Below are positions 53,120-64,000 of a stretch of 64,000 bases of DNA, one piece after another; position 1 is the stretch's first letter; the number at the start of each line of letters is the position of its first letter. Origin of the DNA: Lama guanicoe (taxonomy: Eukaryota); NCBI GenBank assembly GCA_013239625.1, contig MU054187.1:18964711-19028710 (forward strand). The letters are read 5' to 3'. A program made the translations under genes and the position numbers. Below the pieces are notes generated by a model. That model had not been told where the DNA came from. It saw only the letters and a list, made by a program, of their open reading frames with translations, and did no database searches.

Positions 53120-55260
53120 TTTGGATTAGTGACTTAATCCAAAGATCAAGGGCTAGGGAGCTTTGCTGAAGGAAAAAAAACCCCCTATACTCCAGGACTA
53201 CACCCCAGCCATCATTGAAGCACATGGTGCTCCTGCTCAAATGGTTGACCAGCACTGGCTTCACTGCAGCCGCTGGGCAATCCAGCCCCAGCTCAGGGCC
53301 TCCTGGAATTCACGCAGAGGCGCCTGTGGGCAAAATGACAGGATGCCAGGCTGGGGTAGAGGATGCAACTATGTCTGAAAAAACCCTTTCCTGGCTCGCC
53401 TTGTCAGCACTGAGACATCCATTATAGCCGGTGCTGGGTGGCTGGTGATCAAGGTGCACTACAGCGCTTTCTCTGCTCGTTTTTTTTTTTTTTTAAATTA
53501 ATGAAGGAGAAAACAGTATCTCTTACAAGGAAGAATGTTTAAAACATCATATGAGAGTTTAAAAAATAAAATTGCCAAAATATATGAATGCACAAATTCT
53601 AGATGTTACACCAAAGAGCCTCCTTCTATTCCCCTTGCTTATTTAAAAACAGGATATCTGTTACGACTAGATGACATCTTTCTACTCTTTAAAAAAAGTG
53701 TATGTACAATCTCTAAATATATTAAACTTTGCTCTGTGCAATTTCATTTAACATCCCTATGGCTGATTCTAGGCCCCCATCCCGACACAGTGCATCCTCT
53801 AAGGTGCTCTTACTTCTTTGCATAGGTACAGGAGGAGTAACTTTAGCAGGGCAATCAAGAGTAGGGTAGACGGAGAATGAGCTTATTTATAGGGCTTGGC
53901 AACTACTCCGCTGTCCCTGCACCACTGCCACCAAGACAAACAAACAATAAATGCACCAGGCTCGAAAGTCCGATTAAATGGAACACAGTGCAAGCCCTGG
54001 TCCTACTAAACTGAGAAGTTCCTATACCAACACGCATTTTCCTTTTGGTGTTCTGTATGTTCCCTTCCGAGCAAATTCTTAATGACTAGCTCCAATATTT
54101 TGATAAGAAAAATAAAGGTTTGGACCTTCCCTTTTCCCATATAATCTTTATATTGTCCATTAACCCATCTCCCAGACACGCTAAAGCATAAAACCTATAT
54201 AAAAGTGCACTCAGAATGGATGCTGACCCCACGTGACTTTCCGAACAGACGGGGACGTGTAGGCAGGCTGTGCTCTGCTGCCTGAAGCCAACCTGCCGGA
54301 GAGTCTGGAGTTCTCTACCTTTTCTGAAACCAGTCAGCGGTGGCGTTTTGAGGGAGGGCCTGATGAGCCATTGACCTGGCAACAGCTGTCAGACGAGCGG
54401 CGATGAGCAGATCTGAGCTGTGGCTGGCATCGCATCGCATGAGGGAGCTTCAGGCTTTCCCAGATGGCGACGTGGGCCAGGTCCTGGCTGCGTTGTGACA
54501 GGGAGCGGATGAGCCCGGCTGCCTCTTGAGGAAGGGCTTCCGAGGACGACTCTCAGACGTTTCCCCTCAGTGACAGCGGCACGTCTTGGACTCAGCTGGG
54601 GCTGAAGTCTGCTGGTGATGTCCATTGTCAGTCTCTTTTTGAGCTTCTGCCATCCGGGGCCCTTCAAGCTAACAGCTCTACCATGGTTCCGTCTGAGGCC
54701 ATTCTTCAAAACAAAACAAACAAACAAACCAAAAAGACATAGAAAAGATCACGATGTGTACTGCTCCCAGAAGTCCAGTGGAGAACAGGGAAAAGACTAT
54801 TCACAACGAACGCAGGGATTGTTTTTTGTACAAACGCTACTGAATAATGTGTAGCCTCTTTTTTTAAGTGTCAAAAAAAAAATCTCAGAAACGGCATTAT
54901 TCAGAAAGCTTATCAAAATAGACCTTTCTAGGTCAAACGGGCTTGGTTGGTTTGATTGCTACACAAGTCCACAGTTTTCAGACCTAGACATACAGCCCCC
55001 CAAAAGGTGACTTTTCAAGGGAAAAAAATAGTTACAGCTGCTGTAGGCTGGATTCGCAGCAAGAACAGGGAGGGTAGTGACCTTTCATGGGTTTTCCTTT
55101 TTTTCTTTTTCTTTTTTTGCTGTAATTCCACCAAGGTTCCCAGAAGTGCTTTTCCTGGGCTTCAGGCGTGTTCTGTTCGGAAGGAAAAGTGCTTTCCGAG
55201 GCCCTGCGTGGAAGGCGAAGGCAGGAGCATCTCCGGCGGGTGCCGGCCGGGGCGGCGTCG

Positions 55261-55372
55261 TCAGTCCGTGAACCTCTGGCAGGCCTTCTTCCAGCGGCAG
55301 GCCGTGCACCACATGTCCCGGTTCTCCATGCCGTATACCTTCCGGCACTTCTTGCCCTCTCCCCGGGGCTTC
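55261..55372 (-). CDS. ZNF704: ZNF704 terminal coding exon: C-clamp/CR3 zinc-binding DNA-binding domain ([36 protein letters not shown])
   Basis: Acceptor tgtcttccag|G; TGA stop at 55263-55261. The KKCRKVYG...[11 protein letters not shown] signature is the family CR3 (TCF C-clamp homologue). The GMENRDM variant and upstream exons fit ZNF704 rather than ZNF395 or SLC2A4RG, from memory of the family. Confidence 0.95.
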
Positions 55373-56459
55373 CTGGAAGACAGGTGAGGACAAGGGGTTC
55401 AGTGCGAGGAATCCAAGGGGCAGGCTCTGGAGGGCTCAAAAGAAAGATCTAGGGAAAAAAAATCAGGAAATGTAGTAGGAGGTCCCTCTAGGTTCAGTCT
55501 TTAACCTGTGCTGGGTGTTTTCACAGCCGCTGAACTATTAACATTTGCTCCTTGAAAGAAACTTGGTCTTCTTAGTGCCTCCAGTTGTTTTTAGGCACAC
55601 AGTTAGCACTCCGTACAAATCTGGTAACCAACTGAATGAACAGAGAAATTATCTAGCACCTAATAGGTATTCAAGAAATGTTAGTTTTTTTTTTTAATCT
55701 TATCAAGGAATGTTAGGGTTTTTTTTTTTTTAATGTTCATAGGGAAAAGGAAATGATCTGTAGGGAATGCCACTGTACCCCATGATAGAAGAACCAATGA
55801 TGGAAACAGAGTCAAAAAAACAGGACGACAAAATAGTGGCATTAGAGCCAAAAAAGGAGACAGTCAGCTACTCCAAACACAGAGTATAGAGGACTCAGGA
55901 CCGAGCAGAGGCTAAGAGACAAGAGCTGGGAACAGCACCGTGTTCTCCCAAAATGCACACACTGAAGCACTGACCCCTTGTCCATTTGTGCACGTGTCCA
56001 TCTGGGCAGCTTCGCAACACTGAATTTAAAAAGTGAATACAAGAAATACCAGTAGAGAGCATTACTCTTTCAAGTTTTAAAACATGTACTTTCAAATGCT
56101 CTCTTGCTTCTCGGATTTCTAGCATTCTGGTTCAGGGGATCCTGGGGAGGTTGTCCTTGATCTGGGTTAAAAACTATATCTTGTAGTTCATTTCACACAG
56201 AGGTTAATGCAACATGGCTTTAAAAGACCCAGTAGTCAGCATTACCTATTCCGCAAGAAAACTTACTACCGTTACCCTGAAAAAACAACAAATCTTCATT
56301 AATGGATGGGGAAAGCCATAAGAATGAAAGAAAATGTTTCATCCATTCCAGGGAAATTTTATGAAAGATTGTGTCTCTGGTTTCTTTTTTCCTCTCTGTC
56401 CTTCTGTTTTTTGGCTAATTCCCTAGAAATGAGGCGTGTGGAGTTTCAAGCAGTCATAC

Positions 56460-56557
56460 CTTAGGCTGACCGTCCCTCTGGGCGGGGAGGACAAGACGGT
56501 GTGAGTGTGCTGTCTCTGCTCTCCAGTGCCCACCGGATGACTGTGGGTTGGGGACAC
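56460..56557 (-). CDS. ZNF704: ZNF704 coding exon ([33 protein letters not shown])
   Basis: Acceptor tgtgtttaccag|GTG, donor AG|gtatga. 98 bp (32 codons + 2 nt); phase matches the next exon. Confidence 0.93.
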
Positions 56558-57114
56558 CTGGTAAACACAAGGAAAACAGAGTTGACTGGGCAGGCTCTCC
56601 TCCTCATGCATCTCGTTCACCTCTGCCATGCGGGCAGTGGTACCTGACCCTTAGACACGGAGGTGAGGTACTTCCTTCACAGAGACCACATGTTAAAATG
56701 GATGGGGTGACGCTCACAGCAGAATTCAAACACATCCCCAACCTGGAAAGACCCAGCAACAATGAATACTTTACAAATCTCCATGACTTCACGTCTCTGC
56801 TTTCCAAGTTATCCATGGTAACACAGTTTCACTTGAGTAATATTTTAAGCCGTCAAGCATATATATTCCTATTCCAAGCCTCACTGATCTCTCTTTTAAA
56901 GAAGAAAAATATCTAGAGAGGTTAAGAGAATTGTCTCAAGTTAACAGCTAGTCAGTGGCAACACCCAGGGTGGGCCTCTGCCTTCTCAATTAGATCATCC
57001 ATAGCCAAATAATAGATGGCTTCTTGCATGAGATGCCCACATGGCAGACTCTGGGGTCTGAACAGGGATAAAGGCAAGAAGCAAAGAGCCTGGACAGAAT
57101 GAATGTCATCCTTT

Positions 57115-57255
57115 CAGTACTCACTATGTGCCAGGCTCTCTGACAACAGCTTTATTTTTCACACTACCCCATGTGATAAGTACTCTGACTGGCCCCATTT
57201 TACAGATGAGGAAACTAAGCACAGGGAGGTTAATAACTTGCCCAAGGTCATGGAA
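57115..57255 (-). mobile_element. MIR SINE (intronic)
   Basis: ccccattttacagatgaggaaactaagcacagggaggttaataacttgcccaaggtca. Confidence 0.8.
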
Positions 57256-57509
57256 CATATGATGGCCAGGGCATGTGTTTAACCTCCCCTGGCCCCCTGC
57301 CTCTCAGGTCCCTCTCGTTCTCCATTCCTCTTGGATTTCTAACTTTTTAAAAAATTTTTAAAGCATTGAGAGAGAGTAGGGCTAGGTGAAGAACAGTTTT
57401 TGTAGTAAGCCTTCTTGTCTTTGTTCTGAAATAAAACAAAAGCCTTGGAAAACGGCAGCTTCCCCCGTCCCTTTACTTTTATTTATTTACTTTTTAAAGA
57501 TAAAGCAGG

Positions 57510-57638
57510 TTGCATTTATTTGGGGGGGGGAGGGTAATTAGGTTTATTTATTTATTTACTTTAATTGAGGTACTGGGGATTGAACCAGGCTCTCGTGCGT
57601 GTTAAGCATGCATTCTACGACTGAGTTATACCCTCTCC
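57510..57638 (-). mobile_element. vic-1-like SINE in a ZNF704 intron (sense to the gene)
   Basis: gaggtactggggattgaaccaggctctcgtgcgtgttaagcatgcattctacgactgagttataccctctcc. Confidence 0.88.
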
Positions 57639-60075
57639 TGACCTCACCTTTATTTTTAAATAGCAATGAACTGCTAATACGGTGTAAAACCACACAGATG
57701 GGGAATTCTGTAGTGAAAGGATAAATCAGAAGCTCACACAGGATTTTAAATGTGGGAAACCTAGTTAATGCAGCTACTCTACATACTTTCTGTCCAAAGC
57801 TGTAGTCTAGAACATCCCTGATAACCAACAGATAGTGAAATTATCTGTGAAAAGTCCAGGGGCTTGAGATGAGACCAGAGACCAGAGATGTCCACAGTGT
57901 CCACAGGGAGAAGCGCTTTAAAATTTAACTGTTGAAAACCAAACAATAGGAGGCATCGTGGCTGGCATCCTACCATGTAAGACATTTAAGAACTTAGGAG
58001 GAACAGTAGCCAGTGCAAAAGCACTTGGAGTGATTCACTATACGACAGAAGGAAACGACGCAGTTAATAAAACAAAGGAGAAAACACTCCATTTTGGCTA
58101 GTCAGGTAATTTGAAAAGAAGTCTGAACTGGGCTGTTCCATCTACACATTATACTTGTTTTCACACCAGATGAGCAGTATGGGGTCTGCTCTTGAAAATC
58201 CTTCTCAAATCAAAGACAGGAATGAACAGAATTCAGAACAGCAGGTCTCCGCAATTCTGTAATTGTAGCTGCCTCTCTAGGTTACAAAGGTTGTCTCACA
58301 TGTCATATTGAGAGCCACTATGGGTCTCATTACGTCTATCAAAAAAACAGAAGGTCACCCAAAGGACTGACTGTTTACCTCCGACACCCACCTTGGGGAA
58401 TCGTTGTTCTGCCACAAACAAAACGAACACCTACATGTCTAAATGGTTCTCCCTCTTTTTTTTTTCCATTTTTGTAAATTCCTTTAATAGATGTTTCCTT
58501 GAATATATACAATATAAACATCCCATCTAAGCAAAGCGCACCACAAGTGTATAAAGCAGCTATAATTTTAATACACATTTGCATATATTCTCTCATTTGA
58601 CATTCGCTAAAATATAAAAGCCCATTGACTTCCGTATTATTAATTAGGCACCAGAACCCTACGAATATCATACATTCAGATTCTATGACTCTAAGCCCTT
58701 GGATATCGCTGTCATGCTGGCAGGATTTCTGGCCATTATAAAGAAAATTAAAATTAAGGAAAATCAATAAAGCTATGTCCTATGAGGGGTAAAATTCTTT
58801 TCAAATACTCATGCAAAATATTAAAAGATGAAGTAAAAACATGTTTTCACTTGTGTTTAAGTCTCTGAATTTTGATTATATTAAAATTTTTCTTTGACTT
58901 ATTCCCTAATGATACTGCTAATCTCTAGTCTGTGAAGTAAGCTGTTCTCTTTTAATGTTTACTAACGAGGTCACCCATTGTATTCTTGCTCTTTGAAAAT
59001 GACCAGCAGTGACCACTGTCTGTGAAGCAGGCACCTTCCATAATTACTCCAGATCCATGATATTGTTTTTTTTAAAAAAAATCCAATTCCAGGAGTATTT
59101 TCTGGAAGCCGCAAATTCCCAAATTGCCTGCCAGCAGGATACTTTTTCTTGCTGGCGTTCCTCTAGGGAATTTAATAAATATTCACTGACAGAACACAGC
59201 AAAATTGACTGAGCCACTTTCATTTTTATCAGCTCCACGGGAAGCCTTAGTATTGGCTGGAGACCTCTGGGAATCGCCAGCGGTTGCAGTAAGAAGCTTT
59301 TGTGAGGTCCTTAGGGAGAGGGGTGAAGAGGAGAAAATAAGGTTAATATCTATTATCATAAGCCCCTTTCTGAACCTTATCAGGAGTTATAAACCCGCCA
59401 TGAGCATCGGCAGTGTGGGGTCTGTGGATATTCTGTGATAAGCTGTAAAAGACCCAATATCTTTTTAAATGAATAGTTAAGAATCAAGTAAATTCATGGT
59501 GCGTTTTCAGACACTAATCATTTAATATGTCAAATCGATATCCACTACTTAAACCCCACGGCATACTTCAGCACTCATTTATTTGCAAATCACCCATCAG
59601 CGTGGATTATTCAGGTTTGGAAGAAAAAAAGTGACTTCAGTTTCTATTATTTGAACCTTCAGAATGACATACCCACGAACAGTAATTTCAAAGCCAGATT
59701 CTTATCAAGTCACTCCTAATGATGAACGCTGCGGACAGGGTCTCTTTCTTTTACGTTCAGGGTCTGAGTTCAGCTATTAATTTTATCAAGCCTTTGAGAA
59801 ACATACAAATACATCACCCACAAAAATCTCGGTCTATTTCCAACAAGTTGTAGATCAACAGCTGAAACTGTCTTTTAGTTTCTAAAATTCCAGTCAAGAC
59901 ACCTTTCTACAGAGAAGCTGAGCTTGTTTGGACCACGAGATCCCTTGCTGAGTTTACAAATATCACTTAAAAAAAAAAATCCTTCTGGCATTCTGATTTT
60001 TATCTTTTTCTACAATTAGTCCCCTACATTTACGTTTCTTTGCCCAGATTTCTGGCTTTTGGTTTTTCTACTTAC

Positions 60076-60180
60076 TGGAATGCCTGTGAAGGTAACTGGA
60101 GGAGATTGCCAAGAAATGCTAAAGCTGTTGCTGTTGGGGGTGAACTTGGCGGACCCTGGAATGGTCACAGGGGGTGTGGC
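60076..60180 (-). CDS. ZNF704: ZNF704 coding exon ([35 protein letters not shown])
   Basis: Acceptor tttgacag|GCC, donor CCA|gtaagt. 105 bp = 35 codons, phase 0-0, open in frame with both neighbours. Not in the supplied ORF track; translated by hand. Confidence 0.93.
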
Positions 60181-61964
60181 CTGTCAAACAGAAGACAAAG
60201 TCATTAGGAAAGAACATGTCTCCTTAGTCTTATGCTGTCATTACCCAGGCAGGGCCTCAGAAACGACCTCAGCTATATTAATAACTTAGACTGAATTCTA
60301 ACAGGAGGAGATTAAACCCAGTCAAAGAAGAGTCCCTAGAGAGAAACTTTTTAGACATCCAAGCATTCTGAGAGGGAGAAAGCTTTGGACTGTCAATTTC
60401 TGAAAAGAAATTTGATTATACATCCATATACCTATTTTAGGATATCTGTGAGATACAATTCCTCGGGATCAAGTTGGGAAATAAACACTTTTTTAATATA
60501 GTGATGGTGGGCTGTAAATTACAGCACTTTGGGAGGGTAATCTGGCAGTACACATCCAAGTTCTTAGCGTAGTAGCTATTTCACTTCTAGAATTTATTCT
60601 AAAGAAATGGATACAAAGCTGTTCATTGCAGAACTATGTATTATACTAAAAAACCTGGACACAAATACCTGGAAATAGGGAAAAGGGTAAGTAAATGATG
60701 ATATGCCCACAGAGCCACTAAAAATGATGTTGTTCAACATACAGAAATAGGTTCTCTATAGTAGGTTTTGCATAATAGAGAAAGCAGGTTAAATTTGCAT
60801 TTAGAACAATCTCTTGTCAGTAAGATAAACTGTGGTCCGTGAGACCATTCAGCTTGGAGTCAGACAAGTTAAGTGCTAACTAATAATCTCTTTTTTAACT
60901 CATCAAAAAAAAAATGATGCTGTTGAAGAATACTCATTGGCATGGGAAAATGTTCATGAGATATTAAGTGGGAAAAACAAAGCATAGTGAAAAAGAGTAC
61001 TATGACAGATTCTTTTTAAAAAAAATGAGCATATTTACGCACCTAGAACAGTCTCGAAGGACATACCAAAATACTAACCAATGGGCTTTCTTGTTGTTGG
61101 GACTAGGGACAGGTTTTCTTTCTTTGCTTATGTTTTTAATATTTTTATGCTGAACATTTATAATGCCTATAACAGAAATATCCCAGGATTCTGAATATAT
61201 CATTCGGGAAGAAACTTCTAGATGACTCAATGTGTGTTCCACCTCTCATTACATTGATAAGCAGAATAATTCAATTCAGTTGGGTCAAGCCCATGATCTT
61301 GGACCTAAATGCAACACTGACAAACAAGAACAAGTTACTCTGTTTGACCAGCACAGGAAGAGTCAGGAATGAAATTTATTGCATCAACTAATTTAATAAT
61401 TAGCTCTATTCCATGGCTCTTGAGTTGAAGTCCAGTAAATAAATGGCTGAATTCTTCCTCTACAAGTTTAGGTTTTCTACTTATAAATATAGTTGTTAGT
61501 GACACTGGTTTTTTAACTGGCTACCACTGGAAAATATTTTGGTAATACACAGCTGTTCATGTTCTATCCTATGACTCAACAGTTACTCTCCTGGGAATTC
61601 AAAGAGAAAAAAAAAACTGCCAGTGGCACAGAGGTATCCTAGTAGAGTTATTAATGATAATTAAAAAGCTGGACGGACTGAAAAGCAGACATTTAACAAT
61701 AAGAGAATGATTAAAACCATTTGATGTTTTGATTCATTTGAATTCAGTTACATGGAAAGTGCTTATAAAGCAAGGATGGGAGAACAATTGCAAATACATA
61801 AGATTTTTCTTTTAAAAAGTTACATAGGGTAGTTGAGAATTATGGGGAAAAATATTTTCTTAAGATTTGAATGTATGGAAATTTTATTTAACTCAACACT
61901 TAAAAGAGTTAATCATTTCTGGGGGAAAAGATCTTCAGCCATGTCCTGTGGGAGCAGGACTTGT

Positions 61965-62145
61965 CTCTAAGGTCTTCCCAGACTTCAGAGTGAAGCAAAA
62001 TCCCCTGGAGGGTCCATTAAACACAGACTGCTCGGCCCCACCTCTAGCTTCTAGTCTGGGGCAGACCCAGGAAATGCACAGTTGTAACGAGTTCCTAAGT
62101 AATGCTAACTTGGTTGATTTGGGGAACACTGACAACCACGGCTCT
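61965..62145 (+). mobile_element. MER5A-like element (intronic)
   Basis: aatcccctggagggtccattaaacacagactgctcggccccacc...tctggggcagacccaggaaatgcac. Confidence 0.65.
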
Positions 62146-62565
62146 AGTCTGAGTTAGCTACCAGTTTAGAAGGTAGGGCATGGAGTTCCAGATTTGGGGT
62201 GCAGGACTAAGCTGTCATTGTGCCATTGCTTTTCAGTGCTCACCTTTTCATTCATTTTACTTTTTATTTAGCAGGTACTTATATCACCGTGCCAGGCACC
62301 CTTCTGAGGGTTTTACAATATTAAGGGTGTTAATCCTCATAACAACCTCTCAGGGATCAGAACTTCAGTCAGTACTGGGGAGTCCAAGAACCCACAGGTT
62401 CTGTGTGAGATCTTGGCTTTAAAAGGAGAAAAAGAAAAAGCCAACTCTGCTACTGGGCTACCTCGGATGCAGTTTTTCCACTGGGTTATCCTTCACTCAC
62501 AGGTCAGAATGCTACTGCTTTTGGTCAGGAGGCAAAGTGATCACTCTCATGGCCTTGCCAGTCAC

Positions 62566-62833
62566 CTGGTAAGCGTGGTCGGTGTGCACGAGGTAGAGCG
62601 TGGTGGGAGCGGAGCGGCTCAACGGTGTCATCAATTTTGTCTCAGTTTTGGCACAAGGAGCTTCTGTTCGGCTTGAATCTGGGATGGGGAAAGTGGGAGG
62701 CGAAGCCAGGGACTGGGAGGGCGAAACCGGGGCCAGGCTGCTCAGTCCGTCTGCCACCGAGTCCGTGTTGAGCTTGATCTCAGTGTAGTAAAAGTCTTCC
62801 TCTCCATCGCTGTAGTCAGAGTCCCCAACACGC
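62566..62833 (-). CDS. ZNF704: ZNF704 internal coding exon ([21 protein letters not shown]...[17 protein letters not shown])
   Basis: Minus strand: acceptor ttttgctctcttttgcattag|G, donor CAG|gtgac. 268 bp (1 nt + 89 codons). Contains the GEEDFYYTE and SRSAP...DHAYQ motifs of the ZNF395/ZNF704/SLC2A4RG family; lies within ORF 62512..62949. Confidence 0.95.
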
Positions 62834-63179
62834 CTAATGCAAAAGAGAGCAAAACTCCTACTAACCCAAGCCATTTTCTTGCCTTGAATTCTTGTGCGTG
62901 CTGTTCCTTCTGTCGGGAATTCTCTTCCTCTGTCCTGTCTGCCTGGCAAACTCTCACTTAGCCTGCAACACTCAACTGCCCCCTTCAGGGAAGCCTTCCT
63001 TAACCTCTTAAAGCAATTTCTTCATCAATCAATTATTCAAAAATGATTTATTGAGAGCCTACTGGACAGGCACTTTTTTTTTTAGTGTCTCCTAATATTA
63101 TAGTGAACAAAACATAAAGAGACTCTGCCCTGATGGAACATATAGTCTAGTGGGAGAGGCAGACAAGAAGCTCACAATG

Positions 63180-64000
63180 GAATGCATCAAAAACAGTAAA
63201 TACCTAGGAATAAACTTACCTAAGAAAACTATAAGACACCGATGGAAGAAACTGAAGATGACACAAACAGATGGAAAGATACACCGTGTTCCTTCATTAG
63301 AAGAATTAATATTTTTTAAATGACCATACGACCCAAGGCAATCTACAGATTCAATGCAATTCCTATCAAATTACCAATGGCATTTTTCACTGAACTAGAA
63401 CAAATCATTTTAAAATTTGTATGAAAACACAAAAGATCCCAGATAGCCGAAGCAATCTTGAGAAAGAACAGAGCTGGAGAAATCGGCCCTTGACTTCAGA
63501 CTATACTACAATGCTACAGTAATCAACGCAGTATGGAGCTGGCACGGAAACCGACACATAGGTCAATGGAACAAAACAGAGAGCCCAGAAGCAGACCCAC
63601 GGCACTTACGGTCAGTTAATCTACAGCAAAGGAGGCAAGAATAGATAACGGAGAAAAAGACAGCCTTTTAAATAAGTGGTGCTGGGAAAACTGGACAGCC
63701 ACACGTACAGGAATGAAACGGGAACATTCTCTAACATCATATACAAAAATAAACTCAAAATGGGTTAAAGATCTAAATGTAAGATATGATACCATAAAAT
63801 ACTCCTAGAGGAAAACGTAGGCAAACACTTTGACATAAATTGTAGCAATATTTTTTTTGGATCTATCTCCTACAGCAAAGGAAATAAAAGCAAAAATAAA
63901 CCAAGGGGACATAATTAAACTTAAAAGCTTTTGAACAACAAAGGAAACTATCGACAAAATGAAAAATCTACTGAATGGGAGAAAATATTTGCAAATGATA
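63180..64000 (+). mobile_element. L1 ORF2 fragment in a ZNF704 intron (antisense to the gene), runs off the window
   Basis: aaatacctaggaataaactt...gcaatctacagattcaatgcaattcctatcaaattaccaatggcatttttcac...tgggagaaaatatttgcaaatga; frameshifted. Confidence 0.93.

Larger units (their letters stand above)
42480..55260 (-). other. ZNF704: Inferred very long (~12.8 kb) ZNF704 3' UTR
   Basis: Continuous, almost repeat-free sequence downstream of the stop codon, ending at an AATAAA followed by U/GU-rich sequence. Repeat density rises sharply below ~42100. Consistent with my recollection that ZNF704 mRNA is very long. The end point is inferred. Confidence 0.7.

Noticed and set aside
54956..55452. Five overlapping ORFs around the last exon
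   Set aside because: These are alternative-frame or antisense shadows of a GC-rich exon. The real frame (KKCRKVYG...) is a spliced exon not listed in the track.
1..64000. A novel multi-gene system or horizontally acquired insert
   Set aside because: Everything recognisable is ZNF704, its UTR, mammalian repeats or regulatory motifs. I saw no long intact ORF, numt, processed pseudogene or viral coding region. Short ncRNAs or diverged exons cannot be excluded without database searches.

Overview
Mammalian genomic DNA, most likely a camelid (alpaca/llama/camel), inferred from at least eight copies of a tRNA-derived SINE matching the Tylopoda vic-1 family. The only protein-coding sequence I can support is the 3' part of ZNF704 (ZNF395/SLC2A4RG/ZNF704 family) on the minus strand. 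It has four GT-AG, phase-consistent coding exons (62833-62566, 60180-60076, 56557-56460, 55372-55261) ending in the C-clamp/CR3 domain. These are followed by an inferred ~12.8-kb, nearly repeat-free 3' UTR ending near 42480. Bases 1-42400 are intergenic and rich in L1, L2, MIR, MLT/ERV LTR and hAT-MER relics. They contain an orphan CpG-island promoter-like element (~10600-11200) and a strong CTCF motif (27173). I found no convincing novel multi-gene system; the most interesting signals are regulatory. These are a C-clamp-type CCGGCCGG site directly after ZNF704's own stop codon, the orphan promoter with an adjacent MER5 array, sense SINEs carrying AATAAA inside the gene, and Pumilio/miRNA site clusters in the UTR. 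Repeat family names and boundaries are by eye and approximate.
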